This document shows, piece after piece, positions 27,559-36,471 of a stretch of 49,115 bases of DNA. The translations under genes were made by a program, and so were the position numbers. The notes below the pieces were generated by a model. The model made no database searches and was not told where the DNA came from. It saw only the letters and a list, made by a program, of their open reading frames with translations. The DNA comes from Gemmatimonadota bacterium (GTDB taxonomy: Bacteria > Latescibacterota > UBA2968 > UBA8231): positions 23,677-72,791 of the forward strand of contig JAYPJE010000020.1 of the NCBI GenBank assembly GCA_038128265.1. Direction: 5' to 3'. The stretch's first letter is position 1, and each line of letters opens with the position of its first letter.

Positions 27559-27574
27559 TGTGATGTAGCTCACA
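27559..27574. promoter_or_regulatory. CRP-family binding site
   Basis: TGTGA-tgtagc-TCACA, an exact match to TGTGA-N6-TCACA, intergenic. Confidence 0.7.
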
Positions 27575-27646
27575 TCGCAAGGGGCGCTCTGAGCCGATAA
27601 CACAACTACAGGTTCCTCCCCTGCCTCAAGCCACAAAGGACGCGCC

Positions 27647-27736
27647 ATGGTCCTAAAGCGCTTTGGGTTCTTTCTGGGTCTTTTAACGCTGGTGTGGGTC
27701 TTCACCCAAATTGGCTACGGCCTCATTATGCGCTAA
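27647..27736 (+). CDS. 29-aa single-pass membrane microprotein (not in ORF track)
   Basis: AAAGGA SD 6 nt before ATG; MVLKRFGFFLGLLTLVWVFTQIGYGLIMR; terminator downstream. Confidence 0.62.
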   Translation: MVLKRFGFFLGLLTLVWVFTQIGYGLIMR

Positions 27737-27767
27737 GCCTCGGAGCGAACTGCGGCAGTCCATTTGG

Positions 27768-27802
27768 AGCCCATCTCTCCGATCGATGGAGAGGTGGGCT
27801 TT
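27768..27802 (+). terminator. Intrinsic terminator between convergent genes
   Basis: agcccatctctcc / ggagaggtgggct 13-bp stem followed by a short T run. Confidence 0.7.
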
Positions 27803-27808
27803 GCCCGT

Positions 27809-28699
27809 TTACTTCCAACCCCGCTCCGTCGCCAACCGCTGCAGCGCAGCGCGCTGATCTCCTGTCAGCGGTGCCGCCGGTGGGCGAGCATCTCCACAGT
27901 CTATACCGAGGCGCAGTCCCAGCGCGGCTTTGGCCAAGGCGTGGTAGGTTCCGCCACAGGCCAATAACTCATCGACGGCATTCCACGCCGCCTCCTGCGC
28001 GCGTTCGGCTCCGTGCAAATCGCCGGCCGCATGCGCCTCCCATATGGCCAACCACAGTTCGGGAGCCACGTTCGGCGGACCGTCCACGCAGCCGGCTGCC
28101 CCCATCGTCAGCGCCGGCAGCATCAGCCGGCAATTGCCCGTAAAGCAGGCCAGCCCCATGCGCGCAAACGTGCGGATATGCATCTGATCGACAGCCGAGT
28201 GCTTTAGACCAACGGCCCAAGGAACGCCCGTCTGGATTTTTTCCATCAGCGACGGCGTAATTTCCACGCGCGTCGCCGAAGGCAGATTGTAAACAAAGAG
28301 CGGCAAACCGGCCGCATCGCCAACGGCGCGATAGTGATCTACGATCTCCTCGTCCGTGCGGCGATAAAAGAAGGGCGGCACACAGCAAATAGCCTCTACG
28401 CCCACGTCGGCCGCATGGCGGGCCAGTGCCACGGCGCGCTCAGTCGTTGGCGCCCCCACGTGCATAATATTTTTTACCCGGCCACCATTCTGCTCGGCGA
28501 CGATCTCGGCGATGCGGCGATTTTCCTCATCGCTGAGCAAAATGCTCTCACCCGTGCCGCCGGCCACCCAGAAGCCGTGCACGCCCGCCGCCACGTTAAA
28601 CTCAAATACCGCGCGCAGCGCCTCTTCGTGCAGTGCGCCTGCCGGCGTCATCGGCGTAATCAGCGCCGGCACGACGCCTCTAAAGTCGCTCCCGTCCAT
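27809..28699 (-). CDS. DHDPS/N-acetylneuraminate lyase family aldolase
   Basis: GVVPALITP, GGTGE, YNLPS, GLKHS; ATG 28699 with GGAG SD. Confidence 0.9.
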   Translation of the reverse strand: MDGSDFRGVVPALITPMTPAGALHEEALRAVFEFNVAAGVHGFWVAGGTGESILLSDEENRRIAEIVAEQNGGRVKNIMHVGAPTTERAVALARHAADVGVEAICCVPPFFYRRTDEEIVDHYRAVGDAAGLPLFVYNLPSATRVEITPSLMEKIQTGVPWAVGLKHSAVDQMHIRTFARMGLACFTGNCRLMLPALTMGAAGCVDGPPNVAPELWLAIWEAHAAGDLHGAERAQEAAWNAVDELLACGGTYHALAKAALGLRLGIDCGDARPPAAPLTGDQRAALQRLATERGWK

Positions 28700-28728
28700 A
28701 GACTCCCTCTCCTGCAATCGGTTGCTCT

Positions 28729-29508
28729 TCACCAGTCGCGCGCATAGCCGGCCGTCCAGCCGCCGTCGACGGTGAGCACGGTGCCATTGATATAGCTAGC
28801 CTCTGGCGCCACCAGAAAAAGCACGGCCGCGGCAATTTCTTCGACGCGCCCGGGGCGGCCCAGTGGAATGTGCGAAAGGAGGCTCTGCGCCTTTTCGCTA
28901 TAGGATCCGTCGGGGCCGTAAAAGAGCTGCTCTGTGCCGCGCGTCAGCGTCGACCCGGGCGCTACGGCATTGACTAACACGCCCTGTGGACCCAGTTCCA
29001 GTGCCATTGAACGGGTCAGGTTGACAACGCCTGCTTTGGCCGCAACGAAGGCCGACTGAAGACGCAGCGGTACGAGACCGGCAATCGAGCTGATATTGAC
29101 CACGCGGCCGCCACCGCTCTTGAGCATCGCCGGCACGGCGGCGCGACTAACGGCGAATACGCCCTTCAGGTCGACTTCGACAATGCGATCCCACTGCTCG
29201 ACTTCGAACTCGTGAATCGGCACGCGACCACCGCTCGTATTGATGCCGGCGTTGTTGACTAGGATGTCCAAGCCGCCGTAGGCGGCGCATAGTTCGTCGA
29301 CGACCGAGCGCATGCCATCCACGTCGACCACGTCCCCCTGCCACGCCCGTCCACCGATTTCGCGCGCCGCCTGCTCTGCCGCCGCACCGTCTATATCAAC
29401 TATGCACACGCGCGCACCGTTGTCAGCCAGTTGTTGGACAATGGCCCGCCCGATCCCCTGTGCCCCCCCCGTGACCAGCGCAATGTTTCCTTCCAGATCG
29501 ACCTTCAT
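28729..29508 (-). CDS. Short-chain dehydrogenase/reductase
   Basis: VTGGAQGIG, LVNNAG, NAVAPG, VDGG; the YxxxK position reads FVAAK. Confidence 0.92.
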   Translation of the reverse strand: MKVDLEGNIALVTGGAQGIGRAIVQQLADNGARVCIVDIDGAAAEQAAREIGGRAWQGDVVDVDGMRSVVDELCAAYGGLDILVNNAGINTSGGRVPIHEFEVEQWDRIVEVDLKGVFAVSRAAVPAMLKSGGGRVVNISSIAGLVPLRLQSAFVAAKAGVVNLTRSMALELGPQGVLVNAVAPGSTLTRGTEQLFYGPDGSYSEKAQSLLSHIPLGRPGRVEEIAAAVLFLVAPEASYINGTVLTVDGGWTAGYARDW

Positions 29509-29636
29509 AAGCGCACTCCTTTTGGCCGCGCAATATAAGCATCCTGCGAACGCGGCAAAACAGCGAACGCGCCGCCGCGCCTTTGAAGCGATGGGCGCAC
29601 GCCCCTTTTTGAGCGACTAACGGGAATACAGAAGAC

Positions 29637-30050
29637 CTACGCGACGAATGCGAGCGCGCCATCAACCAGTCGGCGATAGTAGCACCCCGAGCGCGCGCGC
29701 CCGTCCTGCTTGGTATGGCAGGCGCCTTCGCCGCGCGGACGCACGCGGTAGAGCAGCGAGTTTTGCTCGCAGTTGACGCGAATCTCTACCAGATCGAGGA
29801 AATCGCCCGACGTAGCGCCCTTGACCCACAGCTCGTTGCGCGACGTGCTCCAAAAGGCAGCCACGCCGTGTTCTATGGCGTAGTCTAGCGCCTCCTGATT
29901 GGCATAGGCGACGATGAGGATTTCCAAACTATCGGCATCCTGCACGGCGACGGGCACCAATGCCTGGCCACAAGCGGCGACTTTGGCCAGCTTGTCAAAA
30001 TCCAGTGCTAGCACCGCACCCTCTTCCAGATCTTCGTGACTCAGCTGCAT
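29637..30050 (-). CDS. hisI: Phosphoribosyl-AMP cyclohydrolase
   Basis: LVPVAVQD, FWSTSRNELWVKGATSG, NCEQNSLL, ACHT...CYY; ATG 30050 with AAAGGA SD. Confidence 0.9.
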   Translation of the reverse strand: MQLSHEDLEEGAVLALDFDKLAKVAACGQALVPVAVQDADSLEILIVAYANQEALDYAIEHGVAAFWSTSRNELWVKGATSGDFLDLVEIRVNCEQNSLLYRVRPRGEGACHTKQDGRARSGCYYRRLVDGALAFVA

Positions 30051-30193
30051 ATCCTTTCTCCCACTTTCTATCCAATAGATGGCACGTACAGCGCGCTTTG
30101 TGTATGCTGATCCCAAGCGGACGCGCCCCTGTCATGCCGCGACTGTGCAGCCGGTTTGCTCCGATTCGCCGTCCAGTCGCACAGCTATGGCAT

Positions 30194-30685
30194 TTAGAGG
30201 AAAGTCCAACGATTAAAGCAGGCGGCCTGGCCGCGATAGCAGCCGGACTCGTCTAGCAGATTCCAAACGACCGCGCGCTCGATGTGAAAGCGCCGCCCGC
30301 TGGCCGATATGCGCACGCCGGCGTAGTCGTCTATATACCCTTGAGAATAGACCGTTTCCAACAGGCGCGCACGTTCGCTTCGATTGGGCATTTCGGCCGA
30401 CTTGCGCGAGGGCAAGCGAACAAATGCATCCCACTCGAGTTCGAAGAGCCGCAGCGCCGTTCCGTTTCCGTAGTTAAAAAGGGGATCGCCTTCTACACCG
30501 TGTGAAACGAGAGCAAAGTCGGCGGTAAATAGCGCTTCTGCTTGGGACACAGCGCCCGATGACAGGGGCAAGTCGCGCTTGAGCCAGCGGCGATAGCTCG
30601 ACAGCAGCAGCGCGACGTGATCGCGCAAATATCCATTTTCTGGAGCGGGCTGCTGCACAAACCTCGCCTCGGTATCACCCGCCAT
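30194..30685 (-). CDS. Stand-alone MEKHLA (PAS-like) domain protein
   Basis: LVSHG...DPLFNYGN..AL.LFE, LPSRKSAE, YAGVRISASGRRF.I..AVVWNL. Confidence 0.9.
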   Translation of the reverse strand: MAGDTEARFVQQPAPENGYLRDHVALLLSSYRRWLKRDLPLSSGAVSQAEALFTADFALVSHGVEGDPLFNYGNGTALRLFELEWDAFVRLPSRKSAEMPNRSERARLLETVYSQGYIDDYAGVRISASGRRFHIERAVVWNLLDESGCYRGQAACFNRWTFL

Positions 30686-30694
30686 CGCAGCCGT

Positions 30695-32077
30695 CTATTC
30701 GGCCAGCGACCAGGCGGCTTCTTTTATCACTTCGGACAGGGCCGGATGGGCGTGCACCGTGCGGGCGATATCCTCGACGCTGGCGGAAAACTCCAGTGCG
30801 AGCACTCCTTCGGCTATGAGGCTGGACGCCTGCGCCCCCAGAATGTGCAACCCGAGCAGGCGGTCGCTCTGCGCATCGGCGACGATTTTAACCAACCCAT
30901 CGATCTCACCCATCGCATGAGCGCGCGCGTTGGCGCGGAACTGATACTTGCCCACGGCCACATCGCGGCCGCTCGCCTTGGCTGCTTCTTCGCTCAGCCC
31001 CACGCTGGCCAGTTCGGGGTGCGTATAGACGACGCCGGGAATGGCATCCGCGTTGACCGCTCCGGCCTTGCCCGCCATGCGCTCGACGGCCGCTATCCCC
31101 TCAGCTTCGGCCTTATGGGCCAACATCGGACCGGGAATGAGATCGCCAACGGCCCATATGCCGTCCGCTGTAGTGCGCCACTGCGCGTCGACGCGCACGC
31201 GGCCCCGCTCGTCCAACTCGACGCCTGCCGCCGCTAATCCCAATCCCTCCGTAAAGGGCCTGCGCCCCACGGCGACCAGCACCACGTCGCATTCGACTGC
31301 GTCGGCCTGGCCCTGCGATTCTAGCTGTAGCTGCACAGCCTTTTTCTTGAGCGCAAATCCCTTGGCGCCCGTCTGCAGGCGAATATCCAGCCCCTGACGC
31401 TTGAGCAGGCGCCCTAGCTGGCCGGCCATCTCGACGTCCATACCAGGCAGAATGTGTTCCATAAACTCGACGACCACGACCTCCGAGCCCAGCCGACTCC
31501 ACACCGAGCCCATCTCGAGGCCAATCGCGCCGGCGCCAATGACCACCATGCGCTTGGGCACCCTATCGAAAGCCAGGGCTTCCGTCGAAGAAACGATGTG
31601 CTGGCCGTCGTAGGGCAGACTCGGCTACTCGGCCGGCGCACTGCCGGTGGCCAGTAGAATGTGTTTGGCCTGCAGTTCCTGCGCACCCGCTGCGCCCTCC
31701 ACCGCCACGCGCCCCCCGCCCAACAGCGTGGCCACGCCGGCATAGGGCGTGACGCCGCGCGCTTTAAACAGCGCCTCAATGCCTTTGGTCATCGTCGCAA
31801 CGATCTTGTCTTTGCGCTGCATCATGGCCGAAAGGTCGAATTGAACATCTCCTGCGACAATGCCGTGCTCACCCAACCCGGACTGGGCCTTGTGATAGAG
31901 CTCGCTCGATTCGAGCAATGCCTTACTGGGAATACAGCCGACGTTCAGACAGGTGCCGCCCAGCGCGCTCTTGTCGACGCAGGCCACCTTCATGCCCAAC
32001 TCGCCGGCGCGCGCCGCCGCCGTATAGCCGCCGGGGCCAGCCCCGATGACAATTAAATCGTACTGCGTTTCGCTCAC
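30695..32077 (-). pseudogene. lpdA: Dihydrolipoyl dehydrogenase interrupted by one in-frame TAG at 31625-31627
   Basis: GAGPGG and [13 protein letters not shown] before the stop; in-frame continuation PSLPYDGQHIVSSTEAL, IGAGAIGLE, MLAHKA, HAHP after it. Pseudogene versus sequence error cannot be resolved here. Confidence 0.85.
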
Positions 32078-32093
32078 TGCCAGTCCCTCTCTA

Positions 32094-33335
32094 TTACACT
32101 TCCAACATCAGGCGCGCCGGATCCTCGACCAGCTGCTTCAGGCGCACCAAAAACTTGACCGATTGCTGGCCGTCGATAATGCGGTGATCATAGGAGAGCG
32201 CCACGTACATCATCGGGCGAATCACGACCTGCCCATCGACGGCCACGGGGCGCTGCTGAATAGCGTGCATGCCGAGAATACCGCTCTGCGGCGCGTTGAT
32301 AATCGGCGTCGACAGCAGCGAGCCAAACACGCCGCCATTGGTTATGGTAAATGTGCCGCCGCTCAGCTCGTCCATAGCGAGCTTGTTGTCGCGCGCTCCC
32401 AGCGCCAAGCGTTTGATCTCACTCTCGACCTGCGCCATCGACATCTGCTCGGCTCGGCGCAGCACCGGCACCACGAGACCGCGCTCGGTGCTGACGGCAA
32501 TCCCCAGGTGCACGCAGTCGTTGTAGATGATATCCGTGCCGTCGATCTGGGCGTTTACGGCGGGAAATTCGCGCAGGGCCAGCACGGCGGCACGCGAAAA
32601 AAACGACATGAAACCAAGCGATATCCCGTGCACTTCGGCGAAGCGCTCCTTGTATTTCGCACGCAGCTCCATGACGGCGCTCATATCAATTTCGTTGAAC
32701 GTCGTCAGCATGGCCGCATTGTGCTGAGCGGAAACCAAATGCTGGGCAATGCGCTGACGCAGACGGCTCATTGGCTCGCGGCGCTGCCCATCGCCCTCAC
32801 TCGAAGCGGCAGGCCGAGGAGCCGGGGGCGGCGGTGCAACGGTCGGCTGGTCTTTTTTCGGAGCGGGCTCCGCTGCCGCAGCAGGTACCTCGCGCGCGTC
32901 AATCGCACTGCGCACGTCCTCTTTCGTGATGCGTCCATCCTTGCCCGTGCCCTCTACCGAAGCCACGTCGACGGCGTGCTCTTCGGCCAGGCGCCGCGCC
33001 GCCGGACTGAGCACTTTCTCAACCGGGGCTGGCTCCGGTTCTGGGGCTTGGACCCCAGAGGACGCCGACTCACTCGCTGCTGCATCGGCAGCCGGCTTGT
33101 CGCCCTCTTCAATCCGAGCAATCAACGCGCCAACGGCAAACGTCGAATCGAGTTCGGCGGCGTGTTTCAACACGCCGGCCGCCGGCGCGGGCAAATCGAC
33201 GTTGGCCTTGTCCGTCTCCAATACGCAAATGGCCTCGTCGCGCTCGACGTAGTCGCCGTCGCCCTTTAACCACTCGATCAGAATAACCTCGCTGACCGAC
33301 TCGCCCATAGCGGGTATTGCTACATCCACAGCCAT
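32094..33335 (-). CDS. sucB: 2-oxoglutarate dehydrogenase E2
   Basis: LETDKA lipoyl site, [29 protein letters not shown]. Confidence 0.97.
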   Translation of the reverse strand: MAVDVAIPAMGESVSEVILIEWLKGDGDYVERDEAICVLETDKANVDLPAPAAGVLKHAAELDSTFAVGALIARIEEGDKPAADAAASESASSGVQAPEPEPAPVEKVLSPAARRLAEEHAVDVASVEGTGKDGRITKEDVRSAIDAREVPAAAAEPAPKKDQPTVAPPPPAPRPAASSEGDGQRREPMSRLRQRIAQHLVSAQHNAAMLTTFNEIDMSAVMELRAKYKERFAEVHGISLGFMSFFSRAAVLALREFPAVNAQIDGTDIIYNDCVHLGIAVSTERGLVVPVLRRAEQMSMAQVESEIKRLALGARDNKLAMDELSGGTFTITNGGVFGSLLSTPIINAPQSGILGMHAIQQRPVAVDGQVVIRPMMYVALSYDHRIIDGQQSVKFLVRLKQLVEDPARLMLEV

Positions 33336-33360
33336 CTAACCTGTCTCCTATGCCTTTTCT

Positions 33361-36228
33361 CTACATCCTACCGCCGGCGCGCTCTCTATCGGCAACGCCT
33401 TCGGCTACGTCGCGTCGCACCGTTGACAGCACGACCTCTTTGGCGCGCGCATCCAGTGCCTGTTCGACGATTTCCCTCTGCTCGTTGTGGTGTATGTGGT
33501 GCGAACCCGTTGCCGGGCTGGCCGATTCGTCGCGGCCGACATAGCTGAGCTCACACCCATCGGACAGAATGTCTTCGAGGTAGGGGCGCACAAAGCTCCA
33601 TGCGCCCATATTTTTGGCCTCTTCCTGCACCCAGAAAACCTGTTTGGCCCCGGCATAGCGCGCCAGCACCTGGCCCAGCTCGGCCGACGGGAACGGGTAA
33701 ATCTCCTCGACGCGAACCAAGGCGATATGGCCCTGGTTGCCTTCGGCCCTGCGCTGCGCTTCCAACAGGTCGTAGTAGACCTTGCCGCTGCACAGCACGA
33801 CGCGTCGCACCGCTGCGGGGGCATCGACTTCCACATCGTCGATAACGCACTGAAAGCCGCCCTCGACCAGTTCGGAAACCGGCGAGACGCAGAGCTTGTG
33901 GCGCAGGAGACTCTTGGGCGTCATCAGGACCAGCGGCTTGCGAAAATTGCGCAGCATCTGGCGCCGCAGTATATGGAAGTACTGCGCCGGCGTCGTCGGA
34001 TAGGCAACCTGCATATTGCCCTTGGCGCACAGCTGGAGGAAGCGCTCCAAACGAGCACTCGAGTGTTCGGGTCCCATTCCTTCGGATCCGTGCGGCAGCA
34101 GCAGCACCAAACCGCACATGCGCTGCCATTTGGCTTCCGCACTGCTGATAAATTGGTCGATGATCATCTGCGCGCCGTTGACAAAGTCGCCAAACTGCGC
34201 CTCCCACAAGACGAGGCGGCGCGGGTCGGCCGAGCTAATGCCGTATTCGAAGCCGAGCACAGCCAGCTCCGAAAGCATGGTATTCAGCACGACAAATTCG
34301 CCCTGGTCGCTGCTCATATTGGCCAGCGGCACGTGGACCTGACCCGTCTTTACGTCGTGCCAGGCCGCGTGGCGGTGGGCAAAGGTGCCGCGCTGGCTGT
34401 CCTGGCCCGCCAAGCGCACCGGCACGCCGTCGATCAGCAGCGAGCCAAAGGCCAGCATTTCGGCGCAGCCCCAGTCGAGCGACTCCTCTCCAGCAGCCAT
34501 TTTGCGCCGTGCATCGACGATGCGCTGCACCGTTCGGTGCAGGGAGAATCCCTCCGGGGCACACATGGCGAGCTCGGTAATGCGCGCCAGCTTTTTCCGA
34601 TCGATTGCCGTGTGCGCACTGCGATCTTCCGTCGCCCAACTCAGCCCCTGCCAGACCCCGCCAAACGAGGCGGTGCGCGGTGCTACCTGGAGGCGCTTGG
34701 CAATTTCCTGGGCATCGTCCAGGCGGCTGCGCACGCGGTGACGCAGTTCCTCTACCTCTTCTTGCACGATGCGACCTCGACCGACGAGCTGAAACGAGTA
34801 GAGGTGCAAGATCGTCGGGTGCTTGGCAATCTGCTGGTACATCAGCGGCTGCGTGAGCGTCGGATCGTCTGCTTCGTTATGGCCGTATCGACGGTAGCAC
34901 CACAGGTCGATTATGACATCCACCTTGAAGCGCTGGCGAAACTCCATCGCCACGCGGGCCGCCTGCACTACGGCCTCGGGATCGTCCCCATTGACGTGAA
35001 AAACAGGCGCCTGAATCTGCTTGGCTACGTCCGTTGGATAGGGCGTGAAGCGCGTCTCCTTGGGCGTAGCGGTATAGCCGAGCTGATTGTTGATTATGAC
35101 GTGAATGGTTCCGCCGGTGCCGTATCCCTCTAGCTCGGATAGGTTGAGCGTCTCGGCCACAATGCCCTGACCAGTAAAGGCCGCCTCGCCGTGCACCAGC
35201 ACGGGCACCACGCGCGATCCGTCATCGTCGCGCAAGTAGGCCTGCTTGGCGTAGACAATACCCTCGATGACCGGATCGACCAGTTCGAGATGGCTCGGAT
35301 TAAAACTCAGGGACAGGTGCACCTTGCGACCAGCCGACGTCACGTGGTCGTAGGAGTATCCCATGTGATACTTGACATCGCCTTCGGTATCGCCGCGTCC
35401 GTCGTCGGCTGCGCCCTCAAACTCGCTGAGAATGTGCTCGTAGGGCTTGTGCAGCAAATGGGCTAGCACATTGAGGCGACCGCGGTGCGCCATGCCGATG
35501 ACGACCTCGTCGACGCCCTGCGCAGCGCCGCTCTCGACCAGCGTATCGAGCAGAGGGACGAGCGATTCACCGCCTTCCAAGGAAAAGCGCTTTTGGCCGA
35601 TATAGCGCGTGTGCAAGAACTGCTCAAACTCCTCGGCTTCGATCAGACGCGACAGCACGCGGCGCATTTCCTCCTCGGAAAAGTCGTGCCGGTTGAGGCA
35701 GGGTTCAATGCGCTCTTGCAGCCAGGCGCGCTGTTCCTTGTCGGGAATATCCATGTATTCGACACCGATATTCCCACAGTAGGTGCCGCGCAGCTTGGCG
35801 AGTAAACCCTTCAGCGAACCGTCCGTTTCGCCCATAAAACCGCCCTTGCCCACGCCCTTTTCCAGGTCGCTATCGCTCAGGCCAAATTCCGACAGTTCCA
35901 GCAGGGGGATGCTCTCGCGGTTGTGACCGAGCGGGTCGAGTTTGGCGATAAAGTGGCCCAGCGTGCGATAGGCCTGCACCAGGGCAAAGACGCCCCTATC
36001 CGTGCGCTGCCTATGGCGGCGTTCCGGCACGTCGTCCATTTCTTCTTCTGCGGTTGAATCCGCATCGCTCCACGGGGCGTCTGCGCTCTCCGAACGGAGA
36101 AAACCCAGCTCAAAACCCTTGAAGAAATAGCGCCACTCCGCTTCGACTGAGTCGGGGTCACTCAGGTATTGCCGATAGAGTCCATCGACGAATTCAGCGT
36201 TTTCACTATGCGAATCAAATGGGGACAT
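33361..36228 (-). CDS. sucA: 2-oxoglutarate dehydrogenase E1
   Basis: KRFSLEG, GMAHRGRLN, GDVKYHMG, NPSHLE, WEAQFGDF, GPEHSSARLERF. Confidence 0.97.
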   Translation of the reverse strand: MSPFDSHSENAEFVDGLYRQYLSDPDSVEAEWRYFFKGFELGFLRSESADAPWSDADSTAEEEMDDVPERRHRQRTDRGVFALVQAYRTLGHFIAKLDPLGHNRESIPLLELSEFGLSDSDLEKGVGKGGFMGETDGSLKGLLAKLRGTYCGNIGVEYMDIPDKEQRAWLQERIEPCLNRHDFSEEEMRRVLSRLIEAEEFEQFLHTRYIGQKRFSLEGGESLVPLLDTLVESGAAQGVDEVVIGMAHRGRLNVLAHLLHKPYEHILSEFEGAADDGRGDTEGDVKYHMGYSYDHVTSAGRKVHLSLSFNPSHLELVDPVIEGIVYAKQAYLRDDDGSRVVPVLVHGEAAFTGQGIVAETLNLSELEGYGTGGTIHVIINNQLGYTATPKETRFTPYPTDVAKQIQAPVFHVNGDDPEAVVQAARVAMEFRQRFKVDVIIDLWCYRRYGHNEADDPTLTQPLMYQQIAKHPTILHLYSFQLVGRGRIVQEEVEELRHRVRSRLDDAQEIAKRLQVAPRTASFGGVWQGLSWATEDRSAHTAIDRKKLARITELAMCAPEGFSLHRTVQRIVDARRKMAAGEESLDWGCAEMLAFGSLLIDGVPVRLAGQDSQRGTFAHRHAAWHDVKTGQVHVPLANMSSDQGEFVVLNTMLSELAVLGFEYGISSADPRRLVLWEAQFGDFVNGAQMIIDQFISSAEAKWQRMCGLVLLLPHGSEGMGPEHSSARLERFLQLCAKGNMQVAYPTTPAQYFHILRRQMLRNFRKPLVLMTPKSLLRHKLCVSPVSELVEGGFQCVIDDVEVDAPAAVRRVVLCSGKVYYDLLEAQRRAEGNQGHIALVRVEEIYPFPSAELGQVLARYAGAKQVFWVQEEAKNMGAWSFVRPYLEDILSDGCELSYVGRDESASPATGSHHIHHNEQREIVEQALDARAKEVVLSTVRRDVAEGVADRERAGGRM

Positions 36229-36373
36229 CGCTTTTCCTTTTTCGGCCTTTTAGACGCGCAAAAACAACCATTGAATATAGGCCTTACTCCATGTAAGTAA
36301 AGGATTTTCAGTCATTAACAGACTCTATTAGTCGCACTTATAGAGGCCATTGCCATTTTTAATCGGACAACCC

Positions 36374-36401
36374 TTGAATCCGGCGCGGTCCGCCCTAAAT
36401 T
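36374..36401 (+). promoter_or_regulatory. Possible sigma70-type promoter for purL
   Basis: TTGAAT, 16 nt, TAAATT in the AT-rich divergent intergenic region. Confidence 0.4.
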
Positions 36402-36471
36402 AGCCCGTGTCTTGCTCGACCGCGCACGTCGAGCCCGTTTCCTCACCACCCTCTCGCAAGTGGGCCATTCT

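Noticed and set aside
30120..30193. Inverted repeat gcgactg/cagtcgc upstream of hisI as a His attenuator
   Set aside because: No His-codon leader peptide or U-tract; the stem is short with a large loop.
30695..32077. Two separate lpd genes, or genome-wide TAG reassignment
   Set aside because: Both ORFs are in one frame with conserved sequence between them, and TAG ends several conserved genes at the expected positions.
33487..35133. 548-aa plus-strand ORF and other long antisense ORFs (e.g. 32046-33269, 36400-37356, 7531-8448)
   Set aside because: Antisense shadows of sucA, sucB, purL and pheT, typical of GC-rich codon usage; no recognisable motifs.
36402..36471. Possible purine-related riboswitch before purL
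   Set aside because: Only a 7-bp hairpin (gctcgac/gtcgagc); no recognisable aptamer consensus.
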